Shown: in pieces, positions 29,666-40,792 of the stretch | How the letters are laid out: each line of letters begins with the position of its first letter | Position numbering within the stretch: the first letter of the stretch is position 1 | Source of the DNA: Alphaproteobacteria bacterium | GTDB lineage: Bacteria > Pseudomonadota > Alphaproteobacteria > MPNO01 > UBA830 | Direction of reading: 5' to 3' | DNA: 64,000 bases | Assembly (NCBI GenBank): GCA_964291215.2 | Contig: OZ219791.1 | Span: 608,001 to 672,000 of the forward strand | Position numbers and translations under genes: made by a program | The notes under the pieces: generated by a model | What the model was told of the DNA's origin: nothing | Database searches by the model: none | Seen by the model: the letters and a program-made list of their open reading frames with translations, nothing else

Positions 29666-30505
29666 ATGGAAACAAACGATTGCAATCGCGATTCCGCGAA
29701 CCGCGCCGGTTTTTCGCGGGATGCGCTCCATGTGCTGTTCACGATGCGCGAACTGCACCGGAGCCGGCGTTTCCGGAGCCATCTCGTGGCGCTGGTTGCC
29801 GCCGTCGCGGTCATTGCCTATCTCGCGCCGTTCGGCACCGGCGCGTTTCTCGGCCCCTTCGGGCTTGTCGGCTACTGGGGTGCGGCGATAGGCGTCAACT
29901 GGCTGATTGCCGTTGTCGTGATCTCCTTCAGCGTGCGCGTCATGGCGAAGGCGGAGAAACCGTCCTGGACCGGGACCGTCATCGGCGCGCTGGCCGCGGC
30001 GGTGCCCGGCACCGGCGTCGTCTTCGTGCTCGAGAGCGGGTTCGGACGAGCGATCGAATCTGCCGGCACTCTGCTCTATGTCTATTCCTGCGTGGCGCTG
30101 GTCATGCTCGTGGTCGGTTTTTTGGTGTCGCGGCTGATTGAGGAGCCCCTGCGCCGGACGGCCGAGCCCCAAGCCGCGCCGCGGAAGCCGGGAGGGGCGC
30201 TATTCCTCGAACGGCTCGCGCCGTCCCTAGGGCGCGAATTGCTTCATCTCCACATGCGCGACCACTACGTGGAAGCGCACACCGCCAAGGGGTCGGAACT
30301 GATCCTGCTGCGCTTCAGCGACGCGCTGCGCGAAGTCGACAGACTCGACGGCATGCAGGTACACCGTTCGCACTGGGTTGCGGCCCGGGCGGTGGCCGGC
30401 GCGTCCCGCCGGGGCGGACGCACGCTGCTCAGGCTGGTCAACGGCGCGGAGGTGCCGGTGAGCCGGACCTTCGCTCCGGCGCTGAGAGCGCGCGGCTGGA
30501 TTTGA
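29666..30505 (+). CDS. Membrane-anchored LytTR-family transcriptional regulator
   Basis: Four hydrophobic helices (LAPFGT..YW) plus C-terminal LytTR domain (DHYVE, QVHRSHWVA, VPVSRTF). Start is uncertain (29666 or 29744). Confidence 0.88.
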   Translation: METNDCNRDSANRAGFSRDALHVLFTMRELHRSRRFRSHLVALVAAVAVIAYLAPFGTGAFLGPFGLVGYWGAAIGVNWLIAVVVISFSVRVMAKAEKPSWTGTVIGALAAAVPGTGVVFVLESGFGRAIESAGTLLYVYSCVALVMLVVGFLVSRLIEEPLRRTAEPQAAPRKPGGALFLERLAPSLGRELLHLHMRDHYVEAHTAKGSELILLRFSDALREVDRLDGMQVHRSHWVAARAVAGASRRGGRTLLRLVNGAEVPVSRTFAPALRARGWI

Positions 30506-30527
30506 AGCACCGCCGCCGGCGCGGCGC

Positions 30528-30890
30528 TCAGGAAGCCCGGGACCGTTCCCCGAGGATCGCCTGCAGGCTCTCCTTTGGCGGCACGATGTCGGTGACGAGA
30601 TCGCGGACGAGCGTCTTGTTGGCAAGCGGCCCGACGGTCGTCCCCGTCGGGGACAGGCGCGCGGTGCAGGCATAGCGGGTGTGGCCGTCGACGGCCACCA
30701 TGCATTCCTTGCAGGCGTTGGCGTTGATGCAGCTGTAGCGGAACGCGATGGTCGAATCGACGTGGGTGCGCAGCCACACGATTGCGTCGAGCACCGACAT
30801 GTCCTCGTGATAGGGGACCTGGTGGGTTTCGAAGCGCGGCTCCTCGCCCGGAGCGCCGCGCTGGATGACGACGGATACAGCCCGGGTCAC
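30528..30890 (-). CDS. Stand-alone 2Fe-2S protein resembling the SdhB/FrdB N-terminal domain
   Basis: SVLDA...D.TIAFRYSCINANACKEC...C, RDLVTD; no 4Fe-4S/3Fe-4S domain. Confidence 0.85.
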   Translation of the reverse strand: MTRAVSVVIQRGAPGEEPRFETHQVPYHEDMSVLDAIVWLRTHVDSTIAFRYSCINANACKECMVAVDGHTRYACTARLSPTGTTVGPLANKTLVRDLVTDIVPPKESLQAILGERSRAS

Positions 30891-32608
30891 GGCGCGGCCT
30901 CCGCCGCAAGCGATTCCCCGGCGCTGCGGGCCACGGGGGGAAACCCGGCCTCCAGCTCGCCGTTGCCGTCGAGATGGAGGAGTTGGTTGCGTTCCTGGCC
31001 CGGATCGGTTTCCGGGAAATCCTCGCGCTGATGCGCGCCCCGGCTCTCGGTGCGGTTGAGCGCTGCAAAGGCGACGGACTCGGCGACGAGGAGCGCCGAG
31101 CGGAGATCGTGCCAGTCCTGGAGCGCGAGGTTGAAGGCGATGCCTTCCGGCGGCAGGAGATACCGCAGATCGTGGCGCATGGTGTGGATCCTAGCGAGCG
31201 CCGCCTCGATCCGTGCGCCGGTCCGGAGCACGCCGACATTTTCCCACATCAGCCGCTGCAACTCCGCCCACATCTCGCCGAGCGCGGCCCCGGCGCTTTC
31301 GGCCTGCTGCCCGCTGCTCTCTGCCCGGATCCGGTCAAGGCAGCGCGCCGCGTCGTCGTCGGACCATGTGCGCTGGCGTTGCCCGGCGCGGGCGGCTGCG
31401 AACCTGCCGGCCCGCTCGCCGAACACGAAGGCCTCGGGGATGGCGTTGCCGGACAACCGGTTGGCGCCATTTGCTCCCCCGACGGCCTCGCCAGCGGCGT
31501 AGAGGCCGGGCACCGACGTTTCCATGCGTTCGTTCACCTCGACGCCGCCCATGTGGTAATGCGCGATCGGAGAGACTTCGATCGGGCGCCTGGTGAGATC
31601 GATTCCGTTGTCTGCGAGCCGGTCGATGACAGGGCCGAACGCCGCGCGCAGCTCGTCTTCCGGAATGTGCTCGAAGCTCAGGTAGACGCCACCGTTCTCG
31701 GTCGCGCGGCCGGCTTCGGCTTCCTTGGTGATGCCGTAGGAGATGATGTCGCGCGTCGTCACGTAGCGGCCCTCGTCGGCGCCGCCATAGGCGTGGACGA
31801 ACTCCTCGCCCTTGGCGTTCAGGAGCCGGCCTCCGAGCTTGTAGCGGAACGGGTCCCACATGATCGGATCCATGCCGACGAGGCGCGGGGCGAGGTGGCC
31901 GATCGGAAAGAACTGTGGAAACTCCATGTCGAGAAGACGCGCCCCGGCGCGAAGCGCCAGGGCGTAACCGTCCCCGTTCATGTTTGCCGAGGCGCTGTTG
32001 CGCTGGTAGATCCGGGTCAGGCCGCCGGCCGCCAGCACTACGGCGGCGGCGGAAACTGCAACCGGTAATCCGTCGTCGAGGGCGAAGCCGACGGCCCCCG
32101 CCGCAGCGCCGTCGGCGACCACGACATCGTTGATCGCGAGTCCGCTGATCCGCGTGATGGTCTCGCTGCGTGCGACCTGTGTGCGGAGGCACTTGGCGAC
32201 CGCCGGGCCGGTGTTGAGGAAATCGACATAGACGCAGCGCGGGGCGCTGTGGCCGGGCGCGGTGACGCCGACGATCTTGCCGTCACGCTGCGCCCAGCCG
32301 ACCTTCCAGCGGTCCATCTCGCGGATCCGCGTCACCGCCTCCTCGCAGAGGATGGCGGCAAGCGTTTCGTTGCAGAGCCCGCGGCCCGCCTCAAGCGTGT
32401 CGCTGAGATGGTCCGTCCAGTGGTCGGGATGGTGCTCGCCGAGGGCGGCGGCGGTCGTCATCTGCGCCATGATGGTGGCGCCGCCGCGCCCGATCATGCT
32501 CTTGTCGGCAAGGATGACGTTGGCGCCGTTGCGCGCCGCTGCGATCGCGGCGTACATGCCGGCGCCGCCGGCGCCGACCACAAGCACATCTGTCTCGAGA
32601 TGAATCAT
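30887..32608 (-). CDS. SdhA/FrdA/NadB-superfamily flavoprotein
   Basis: GAGGAG, HYHMGG, GANRLSGNA, ESRGAH.REDFP. Confidence 0.9.
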   Translation of the reverse strand: MIHLETDVLVVGAGGAGMYAAIAAARNGANVILADKSMIGRGGATIMAQMTTAAALGEHHPDHWTDHLSDTLEAGRGLCNETLAAILCEEAVTRIREMDRWKVGWAQRDGKIVGVTAPGHSAPRCVYVDFLNTGPAVAKCLRTQVARSETITRISGLAINDVVVADGAAAGAVGFALDDGLPVAVSAAAVVLAAGGLTRIYQRNSASANMNGDGYALALRAGARLLDMEFPQFFPIGHLAPRLVGMDPIMWDPFRYKLGGRLLNAKGEEFVHAYGGADEGRYVTTRDIISYGITKEAEAGRATENGGVYLSFEHIPEDELRAAFGPVIDRLADNGIDLTRRPIEVSPIAHYHMGGVEVNERMETSVPGLYAAGEAVGGANGANRLSGNAIPEAFVFGERAGRFAAARAGQRQRTWSDDDAARCLDRIRAESSGQQAESAGAALGEMWAELQRLMWENVGVLRTGARIEAALARIHTMRHDLRYLLPPEGIAFNLALQDWHDLRSALLVAESVAFAALNRTESRGAHQREDFPETDPGQERNQLLHLDGNGELEAGFPPVARSAGESLAAEAAP

Positions 32609-32982
32609 GCGCGGGATCCGCTGGCGCGCGGGACCTCTGGTCCGGGCGCACGACACGACGGCCGCACACCGCGGCCGCAGGGGAAGCCGGAGTCGGCGCG
32701 TGCCGCCGTCTCCGGGCTCGATCAACCGGTCCGGCCCGAAGGACCGCCCGAGACGCGTCTATAGCACAGGAGCATCGCGGTTCTCCAGCCGCGCCGTTGC
32801 CGCAGCGGTGCACCAAGGCTTGAATCGCGCGGCGCGGCCGATAGATTAGCGTGTCCCTGCGGATGGTCCGCGGCTGCGTTCCGATGTCCTCCGGCCCGTG
32901 CCGAGGCCGCTTCGTAGGGCGACCCTTGCCACCTTGACGCGGTTGCCGGCCGGCCTCCGCGGCTAGCAGGAAGCTTTGCGCC

Positions 32983-34980
32983 TTGTCAGATTCCTCCCCT
33001 TCCGCAGACATTGATCAGGGCCGCCTAGCCAACGCGGTCCGGGTGCTGTCGATGGATGCCGTGCAGGCCGCGAACAGCGGCCATCCCGGCATGCCGATGG
33101 GTGCGGCCGATATCGCGACCGTGCTGTTCACCCGCTATCTCCGCTTCGATCCGGCGGATCCCGACTGGCCGGACCGCGACCGTTTCGTGCTTTCGGCGGG
33201 GCATGGCTCGATGTTGCTCTATTCGCTCCTCCATCTTGCCGGCTATGCCGAGATGACAATCGAGGAGATCCGGAATTTCAGGCAGCTCGGGAGCCGCACG
33301 GCCGGACACCCGGAATACGGCCACGCCGGTGGCGTGGAGATCACCACCGGCCCGCTGGGGCAGGGGCTGGGCGCGGCAGTCGGCATGGCGGTCGCCGAGC
33401 GGTCAATGAATGCGCGTTTCGGCGACGGTCTCGTCGACCACCGGGTCTGGGTGCTTGCCTCGGACGGCGACCTCATGGAGGGCGTCAGCCACGAGGCGGC
33501 TTCGCTGGCCGGCCATCTCGGTCTTGACCGGCTGACGGTGTTCTACGACAACAATGCCATATCCATCGACGGCGGCACCGAACTCAGCCTCTCGGACGAC
33601 GCGGCAAAGCGTTTCGAGGCCTATGGCTGGGACGTCCGCCGCTGCGACGGGCATGACCCCGAAGCCATCGCCTTGGCGATCGACGCCGCGCTGTCGGCTT
33701 CCGCGCCGTCGCTGATAGCTTGCCGCACCACCATCGGCCATGGCGCGCCGACCAAGGCGGGCACGGCCGGATCCCACGGTGCTCCGCTGGGGGACGAGGA
33801 GATTGCCGGTGCCCGGGCGGCCCTGGGCTGGCCGCATGCGCCATTCGTCGTACCCGACGACATCCTGGCGGCATGGCGGCGCGCAGGACGCCGCGGCGCG
33901 GCGCTTCGCGAAGCTTGGGCAGAAAGATGCGCGGGCTCCGACCTTGGGACGGAATTCACGCGCGCGGTCTCGGGTGCGCTTCCCGAGGGCTGGGACAGCG
34001 CGATCCTTGAGCTCAAGCGCTCATTCTGCGACGAGAGCCCGTCGCTGGCGACACGGGCGTCGTCGGGCCGGGTGCTCGACGCTGTTGCGCCGGCGCTTCC
34101 CCATGTCATCGGCGGATCGGCGGACCTGACCGGGTCCAACAACACGTTGGCGGCGGGGATGCGCCTGGTTTCGCGTGAGGAACGCGGCGGCAATTACATA
34201 CACTACGGGGTGCGTGAGCACGGCATGGCGGCCGCGATGAACGGCATGGCGCTGCATGGCGGCGTGCTTCCCTACGCGGGCACGTTCCTGATCTTTTCCG
34301 ACTATCTGCGGCCCGCCGTACGCCTTGGTGCGCTGATGGGGCTGCAGGCGATCCATGTGCTGACCCACGACTCGATCGGTCTCGGGGAAGACGGGCCCAC
34401 CCACCAGCCGGTGGAGCATCTCGCCAGTCTGCGGGCAATGCCGGGGCTGCACGTCTTCCGGCCGGCCGACGCCGTGGAAGTTGCGGAATGCTGGCAGCTG
34501 GCGCTCGCGCGCCGTGAAGGCCCGTCGGTCCTCGCGCTGACGCGGCAGGGCGTACCGGCGTTGCGCAGGGAGTTTTCCGCGGCCAACCGCTGCCAGGAGG
34601 GAGCGTACGTCTTGGCCGAAGCCGGCGGTTCAGGCGCCCGGCGGGCGACACTGCTCGCGACCGGATCCGAGGTCGCGATTGCCGTCGAGGCGCGGGAGAT
34701 GCTCGAGGCCGACGGCATTCGGACCGCCGTCGTGTCCATGCCGTGCTGGGAGCTGTTCGAGCGCCGGGACGATGCGGACAGGGACGCGGTGCTCGGGCCC
34801 GGAACGGTCCGCGTCGCCGTCGAGGCGGCGGTGCGGCTGGGATGGGACCGCTGGATCGGCGCCGACGGTGGGTTCGTCGGCATGAACGGGTTCGGCGCCT
34901 CGGGGCCGGCAAAGGAACTCTATGCGCATTTCGGGATCACCGCGGCCGCGGTTGCGGCCGAAGTCAGGAAGCGGCTCTGA
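32983..34980 (+). CDS. tkt: Transketolase
   Basis: [44 protein letters not shown]. Confidence 0.98.
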   Translation: MSDSSPSADIDQGRLANAVRVLSMDAVQAANSGHPGMPMGAADIATVLFTRYLRFDPADPDWPDRDRFVLSAGHGSMLLYSLLHLAGYAEMTIEEIRNFRQLGSRTAGHPEYGHAGGVEITTGPLGQGLGAAVGMAVAERSMNARFGDGLVDHRVWVLASDGDLMEGVSHEAASLAGHLGLDRLTVFYDNNAISIDGGTELSLSDDAAKRFEAYGWDVRRCDGHDPEAIALAIDAALSASAPSLIACRTTIGHGAPTKAGTAGSHGAPLGDEEIAGARAALGWPHAPFVVPDDILAAWRRAGRRGAALREAWAERCAGSDLGTEFTRAVSGALPEGWDSAILELKRSFCDESPSLATRASSGRVLDAVAPALPHVIGGSADLTGSNNTLAAGMRLVSREERGGNYIHYGVREHGMAAAMNGMALHGGVLPYAGTFLIFSDYLRPAVRLGALMGLQAIHVLTHDSIGLGEDGPTHQPVEHLASLRAMPGLHVFRPADAVEVAECWQLALARREGPSVLALTRQGVPALRREFSAANRCQEGAYVLAEAGGSGARRATLLATGSEVAIAVEAREMLEADGIRTAVVSMPCWELFERRDDADRDAVLGPGTVRVAVEAAVRLGWDRWIGADGGFVGMNGFGASGPAKELYAHFGITAAAVAAEVRKRL

Positions 34981-35026
34981 CCGGACGGATGATGCGTTTC
35001 CGGGCTGCAATGAAAGGAAAGGGAAG

Positions 35027-36037
35027 ATGACGGTAAAGGTAGCAATCAACGGCTTCGGCCGCATCGGCCGGCTGACGCTGCGGGCGGCGCTCGAGGCCGG
35101 GCGGGAGGATCTCGAATTCGTCGCCATCAACGATCTCGGCTCTGTCGAAATGAATGCGCATCTTCTCCAGTACGACACGACGCACGGCCGCTTTTCCGGG
35201 AAGGTGAAGCGTACGAAGACCGGGCTTGACGCCGGCCGCGGCGTGATCAGGGTCCTTGCCGAACGGGATCCCGAGAAGCTGCCTTGGGGCGATCTCGGCA
35301 TCGATGTCGTGCTCGAATGCACCGGCCTGTTCACAAAACGCGAACAGGCTGAAAAGCACCTCGCGGCCGGAGCGAGGAGAGTGCTGATCTCGGCGCCGGC
35401 GACCGGCGAGGACCTGACGGTCGTGTACGGCGTTAACCACGACCGGCTCCGCAAGGCGCATACCATCGTGTCAAACGCGTCCTGCACCACGAATTGCCTC
35501 GCGCCGGTGGCGGCGGTGATGCACGATGCCATCGGCATCCGCCAAGGCTACATGACGACAGTGCATGCCTATACCGGTGACCAGCGCATCCTTGACACGC
35601 TGCACAGCGACCCACGCCGGGCGCGGTCCGCGGCCCGCTCCATGATTCCGACCTCGACCGGGGCGGCCAAGGCGGTCGGCCGCGTGCTGCCGGGACTGGA
35701 CGGAAAGCTCGACGGCACCGCGGTTCGCGTGCCGACGGCCAACGTGTCGATGATCGACTTCAAGTTCGTGCCCGGCCGCAAGACGACGGTCGAGGAAGTC
35801 AACGCTGCCGCCCGCAAGGCGGCGCGCAGCCGCCGCCTCAAGGGGATCTTGGAGATCAACGCGTTGCCGCTGGTGTCCGAGGACTTCAACCACGACCCCG
35901 CCTCGTCGGTGTTCGACGTGACCCAGACTCAGGTGATTGAGGGCAATCTCGTGCGTGTCCTGAGTTGGTACGACAACGAGTGGGGGTTCTCGAACCGCAT
36001 GCTTGACACGGCCGCGGCGATGGGGCGTCTCGGCTAG
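35027..36037 (+). CDS. gap: Glyceraldehyde-3-phosphate dehydrogenase
   Basis: [30 protein letters not shown]. Confidence 0.98.
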   Translation: MTVKVAINGFGRIGRLTLRAALEAGREDLEFVAINDLGSVEMNAHLLQYDTTHGRFSGKVKRTKTGLDAGRGVIRVLAERDPEKLPWGDLGIDVVLECTGLFTKREQAEKHLAAGARRVLISAPATGEDLTVVYGVNHDRLRKAHTIVSNASCTTNCLAPVAAVMHDAIGIRQGYMTTVHAYTGDQRILDTLHSDPRRARSAARSMIPTSTGAAKAVGRVLPGLDGKLDGTAVRVPTANVSMIDFKFVPGRKTTVEEVNAAARKAARSRRLKGILEINALPLVSEDFNHDPASSVFDVTQTQVIEGNLVRVLSWYDNEWGFSNRMLDTAAAMGRLG

Positions 36038-36082
36038 GCTGGCGCGGCGCCCGGACCTGCTGCGGCTACGGACGGCGGAAAG

Positions 36083-37273
36083 ATGCCTAGGCGCGCGCTC
36101 GACGATATCGCGGTGTCGGGCAAGCGGACCCTCCTGCGCGCCGACCTCAACGTTCCGGTCCGGGACGGGGCGGTTGCCGATTCAACCCGCATCGACAGGC
36201 TGGCGCCTACCATTCTGGAGCTGGCGGATGCGGGGGCGAAGGTGATCGTGGCTTCGCATTTCGGCCGGCCGGCCGGCCGGCCGGTTCCGGAGATGTCGCT
36301 GGCGCCCCTGGCCGCACTACTTTCGGCGGCGCTCGGGGGGAAGCCGGTGGCGTTCGTCGCTGCCACGGTCGGGCCGGAAGCGGAACGGGCGGTCGCTGCG
36401 GCGGAGCCTGGAGATGTCCTCCTTCTTGAGAATCTCCGCTTCCATCCCGGGGAGGAGGCGAACGATCCAGAGTTTGCAGGAAAGCTTGCGTCGCTCGCCG
36501 ACATCTATGTCAACGACGCCTTCTCGGCATCGCACCGGGCGCACGCCTCGGTCGTCGCCCTCGCGCACCTGCTGCCGGTGGCGGCGGGACGGCTGATGGA
36601 GGCGGAAATCGGCGCGCTCGAGGCGGCGCTCGACAATCCCGCTAGGCCGGCTGGCGCCATCGTCGGGGGGGCCAAGATCTCGACCAAGCTCGATCTTCTC
36701 GGCAACCTGACCGAACGGTTCGACATGCTAGCGATCGGCGGCGCCATGGCGAACACCTTTCTTCATGCGCTCGGCACCGATGTCGGCGCGTCGTTCTGCG
36801 AGCGCGCCATGGCGGACACCGCGCGGTCCGTGCTGGCACGGGCCGACGCTTCGGGATGTGAGATCGTGCTGCCGTCCGATGTTGTCGTTGCCCCGGAACT
36901 CGCCGATGGCGTTCCCTCGGAGGTGGTGCCGGCCGGCGGCGTGCCTTCGGGGATGATGATCCTCGATATCGGCCCCGGCAGCGCCAACGCTCTTGCGGTC
37001 CGGCTGGGCAGCCTGAAGACGCTGATATGGAACGGCCCCCTGGGCGCGTTCGAGACACCACCCTTTGAGGCCGGGACGATGCAGGTTGCGCGCATTGCCG
37101 CCGATCTCACGCGGCACGGCCGGCTGCACAGCGTGGCTGGGGGCGGCGACACCGTGGCCGCGCTCTCCGCCGCCGGTGTCCTCGACGAGCTCTCCTACGT
37201 GTCGACCGCCGGGGGCGCCTTCCTGGAATGGCTTGAGGGCAAGACGCTGCCCGGGGTGGCGGCGCTGGAGTGA
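36083..37273 (+). CDS. pgk: Phosphoglycerate kinase
   Basis: RADLNVP, SHFGRP, LLENLRF, WNGPLG, GGGDT, STAGGAFLE. Confidence 0.97.
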   Translation: MPRRALDDIAVSGKRTLLRADLNVPVRDGAVADSTRIDRLAPTILELADAGAKVIVASHFGRPAGRPVPEMSLAPLAALLSAALGGKPVAFVAATVGPEAERAVAAAEPGDVLLLENLRFHPGEEANDPEFAGKLASLADIYVNDAFSASHRAHASVVALAHLLPVAAGRLMEAEIGALEAALDNPARPAGAIVGGAKISTKLDLLGNLTERFDMLAIGGAMANTFLHALGTDVGASFCERAMADTARSVLARADASGCEIVLPSDVVVAPELADGVPSEVVPAGGVPSGMMILDIGPGSANALAVRLGSLKTLIWNGPLGAFETPPFEAGTMQVARIAADLTRHGRLHSVAGGGDTVAALSAAGVLDELSYVSTAGGAFLEWLEGKTLPGVAALE

Positions 37274-37280
37274 GACCGGC

Positions 37281-38415
37281 CTTTCATCCCAACACCGTTA
37301 ACTCTTGGTTCATGAGGCCTTATATAGTGGCCCATGAGAATTGGCTTTTGACATCTGTCCGCGACGACGGTTGATTGGCTGAAGGCGGCGTCGGGGGTGA
37401 GAGTCTCATATGGCACAGTTGCAGGCTCAGTACCATTTGTTCATCTCATGCGGCCAGTGCCGAGGTGTGATTTGGGCTGATGTTGTCGTTGGCTGGTGCG
37501 TCGTCTGCACCGATCATGGCCGTCCACGCGCTCTCGAAGCGGCCGGATTCGAGCAGGGCGCGGAAGGTGATTGTCCGCCGACGATGCGCCAGTGCATGCC
37601 GGAGCGTTTCATGCGCTGTGTGACGAGGGTCTTGTTTGCCGCCTCGACAATTCCCGAGCCGGTTGCTTCAGCGCGTGGTAGCGCATTCGGTGGCGATGCT
37701 TGCGGAAGAAGGACAGTTCCCTGTCGACATCGGCCCGTTGGCTCCGCGGTGTCGCGAAGGTGGCGCAGCGCCCGGATCACCTGTCGATGCCGCGGGGGTC
37801 GTGGCAAAATCCTGTCCTGAAACGGGCGATTGTCACGAAAATCCGTTTTTGCCGCTGCCTCGCGACCGCACAACCATGTTAAGTCAATGACCTGGATGCG
37901 CCATACGAGAACTGCACCCCCTGCACCACCGGCCAGCACGGCTGACACGCGATGTCGGCGCGGGTTGCCAGATCGCGTTGCAGACCCGTCCCCACAGGCC
38001 GGAAAGTGGGGCTGAAGCCGAAGACCAATCGGAGCCCGCACATCCGGTCATCGGCAGCGAGCGAGGGAAGGTGGCAAGAGAAGATGCCTGACCCGAACGC
38101 CGTCAGGAAAAACAATTCGTGATCAGTAGGGGTGCACGACGATCTCACGCTGCTAATCCAGCGGCGACCGGTGAGATTTTTCGGTCTGCGTCGCGCTGCA
38201 ATCGTGCCGCCAAGGCTCAATGAGACCTTCTCGGCGCGAAAAATTGCGATCAAGAGGCGATCTGTGATGACGCGAGCCCCAACGCACTCGGATTTCGCGT
38301 CTCGGAATCAGCATAGGATCACCGTGGTAGGAGTGAGTAGATACTCGAAATCTACCGAAAAATGCGGACACTCGATATGCTGGAATCAATGGAGTTAACA
38401 GTGTCAGGTTGAAAG
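37281..38415 (+). mobile_element. Internally deleted DUF4338-IS4 element (both ends retained) with nested fragments
   Basis: Left end CTTTCATCCCAACACC plus ~110 bp matching 48264/52875; right end ...AACAGTGTCAGGTTGAAAG. The flanks GAGACCGGC and GAGGCCGGC match at 8 of 9 positions (target duplication). Confidence 0.75.
37394..37920 (-). mobile_element. ISKra4-like transposase remnant
   Basis: GSGIVEAANKTLVTQRMKRSGMHWRI.GGQ C-terminal motif. Imperfect inverted ends GGGGTGAGAGTCTC (37394) and GAGAACTGCACCCC (ending 37920). Confidence 0.6.
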
Positions 38416-38459
38416 GAGGCCGGCGGTGCGGCGTCCGCCGCGCCGCGTGTCAGAGGATC

Positions 38460-39194
38460 TCAACTACGGGCGTTTTCGTCGATGAAGGCGTCGATTTCCG
38501 TCGGGGTCATCGCGTTGCGGAACATTTCAGCGCGCATGCGGACCCGTTGCATGCTGATGGCGCGGATGGCGTTGGTCATGTGCGCAATGTCCTCGTCCGA
38601 GGAAATCAGCCCGACGCAGGCCTTGGCCTGTTCTGCGTAGTGGTCCTTTTCGTCGTCATAGATGATCTGCATGGCCTTCGCGGTCATGTCGTTGACGACG
38701 GATCCCGAGAGCCTGGCGCCTTCCCGGAACAGCCGCGCACCGCCACCCTCGGTAAAGCCGACTGCGGCCCGGGTCAGCTCATCGCCGCCGTCGACGTAGC
38801 TCCGCCTCAATTCACCGAGCTCCCTTTCTTCTGGCAGCCGGACCGTGTCTTCGGGCGCGATCCTGCGGCCCACGAGATGTTCGAAAATATCCGCAAGAAG
38901 CACGTAGTGATTGAACTCCTGGGTCAGCTGCATGAGCAGGAAATGGTAGTCGTGGCGGTCGATGGACCTGTCGATTTCCGGGAAGCGGTCGGCGAGTTCC
39001 TTCAGCTCCCTGTGCAGCCCGTTGAAATAGCCGTCGACGGGATTGAGCTCCTTCCAGAGCTGCGCCCGCAGATAGAACACGTGGTCCTCATCGGTGGCCC
39101 CGGCGAAGAAGCGCCTGGCGATCTCGCCCTCGCACTCCCAATAGGGCCAGGCCGTGTCGACAAGTGTCTGTTCGATGTCGGCAGTCATCACCAT
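38460..39194 (-). CDS. Ferritin-like di-iron carboxylate protein, uncharacterised
   Basis: Ligand-type pattern WKE...EFNH...TEGG...DEKDH (E, ExxH, E, ExxH). AGGAG lies a few bases upstream of the Met-Val-Met start. Confidence 0.7.
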   Translation of the reverse strand: MVMTADIEQTLVDTAWPYWECEGEIARRFFAGATDEDHVFYLRAQLWKELNPVDGYFNGLHRELKELADRFPEIDRSIDRHDYHFLLMQLTQEFNHYVLLADIFEHLVGRRIAPEDTVRLPEERELGELRRSYVDGGDELTRAAVGFTEGGGARLFREGARLSGSVVNDMTAKAMQIIYDDEKDHYAEQAKACVGLISSDEDIAHMTNAIRAISMQRVRMRAEMFRNAMTPTEIDAFIDENARS

Positions 39195-39535
39195 CTCCTG
39201 TTGCGTTCGACCGCCGGCATTATAAGGGGATTGGTCGGCAGCCGGCAGATCCCGCGGCGGAATTCCGCTGCGGCCTCGCGATTGTGGCGATCGTCCCTGC
39301 TTCGGCGCTATCCGCTGGAATTCATGGCGACGAAAACAATTTGCCGGCCGGGTTGATTTCTTGTCCCTGGGCCTCTATTTTTGCTCGATCGACAGGAGAC
39401 GACGCGGCATAGTGCGCCCTTCATACTTGCCGTTACACGTCAGACCGCCTCTCCATTTGCGAAGGCTGTTCACTGTCCGGCCTCCGCGACTTTTGTAGCA
39501 CCTCTCCCCCCTCTCTTCACCATTCGGCTGAAGTC

Positions 39536-40792
39536 ATGAATTTGCAGGAACTGAAACAGAAGGCACCCGCGGACCTGGTTGCGGAAGCCGAGGAACTCAA
39601 GATCGAGAACGCGTCAAACCTGCGCAAACAGGACATTATGTTTGCAATCCTCAAGCAGGTTGCCGAGAACGGGGACGCCATCTCAGGCATCGGGGTTCTC
39701 GAGATTCTCCAGGACGGGTTTGGCTTTCTCCGTTCCCCCGAGGCCAACTACCTGCCGGGGCCGGATGACATCTATGTTTCGCCGAGCCAGATCAGGCGCT
39801 TCGGGTTGCGCACCGGCGACACCGTTGAGGGGGAGATCCGCGCGCCGAAGGACGGAGAACGGTACTTCGCGCTGCTCAAGGTCGGCAGGATCAATTTCGA
39901 CGAGCCGGAGAAGGTTCGCTACCGGATCAATTTCGACAACCTGACGCCGCTCTATCCCGACGAGAAACTCGAGCTGGCGCCTTCGAATCCGGTGTTAACC
40001 GACATGACTCCGCGCGTGGTCGACCTCATATGTCCGCTGGGCAAGGGGCAGCGTGCGCTGATCGTGGCGCCGCCGCGCACTGGCAAGACGATGATGCTGC
40101 AGTCGATCGCCGCGGCGATCACCTCCAGCCATCCCGAGGTCTATCTCATCGTGCTGCTGATAGACGAGCGGCCCGAGGAGGTCACCGACATGCAAAGGTC
40201 GGTCAACGGCGAGGTCATCAGTTCGACGTTCGACGAACCGGCATCGCGTCATGTCCAGGTGTCTGAAATGGTGATCGAAAAGGCCAAGCGGCTCGTCGAG
40301 CACAAACGCGATGTCGTCATTCTTCTCGATTCGATCACGCGTCTTGCGCGTGCCTACAACACGGTCGTGCCGTCGTCGGGCAAGGTGCTGACCGGCGGTG
40401 TCGATGCCAACGCGCTGCAGCGCCCGAAGCGTTTCTTCGGAGCGGCCAGGAACATCGAGGAAGGCGGATCGCTGACCATCATCGGCACCGCGCTCGTCGA
40501 TACCGGCTCGCGCATGGACGAGGTCATTTTCGAGGAATTCAAGGGGACCGGCAATTCGGAAATCATCCTTGACCGCAAGCTTTCTGACAAGCGCACCTTT
40601 CCCGCCATGGACATCACCAAGTCCGGTACGCGCAAGGAAGAGCTCCTCGTCGAAAAGAACATCCTTTCCAAGATGTGGGTCCTGCGCCGCATTCTCACGC
40701 CGATGGGCGTGGTGGACGCGATGGAATTCCTGCTCGACAAGCTCAAGGGCACCAAGTCGAACGACGAGTTCTTTGCATCGATGAATCAGTAA
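39536..40792 (+). CDS. rho: Transcription termination factor Rho
   Basis: [50 protein letters not shown]. Confidence 0.98.
   Translation: MNLQELKQKAPADLVAEAEELKIENASNLRKQDIMFAILKQVAENGDAISGIGVLEILQDGFGFLRSPEANYLPGPDDIYVSPSQIRRFGLRTGDTVEGEIRAPKDGERYFALLKVGRINFDEPEKVRYRINFDNLTPLYPDEKLELAPSNPVLTDMTPRVVDLICPLGKGQRALIVAPPRTGKTMMLQSIAAAITSSHPEVYLIVLLIDERPEEVTDMQRSVNGEVISSTFDEPASRHVQVSEMVIEKAKRLVEHKRDVVILLDSITRLARAYNTVVPSSGKVLTGGVDANALQRPKRFFGAARNIEEGGSLTIIGTALVDTGSRMDEVIFEEFKGTGNSEIILDRKLSDKRTFPAMDITKSGTRKEELLVEKNILSKMWVLRRILTPMGVVDAMEFLLDKLKGTKSNDEFFASMNQ

Noticed and set aside
29685-29752. TTCGCG-like repeats as LytTR operator
   Set aside because: Degenerate, irregularly spaced and expected by chance at this GC content.
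30528-32608. Canonical sdhAB or nadB
   Set aside because: Key histidines are substituted, the Fe-S subunit is truncated, and there are no anchor or nadA/nadC genes.
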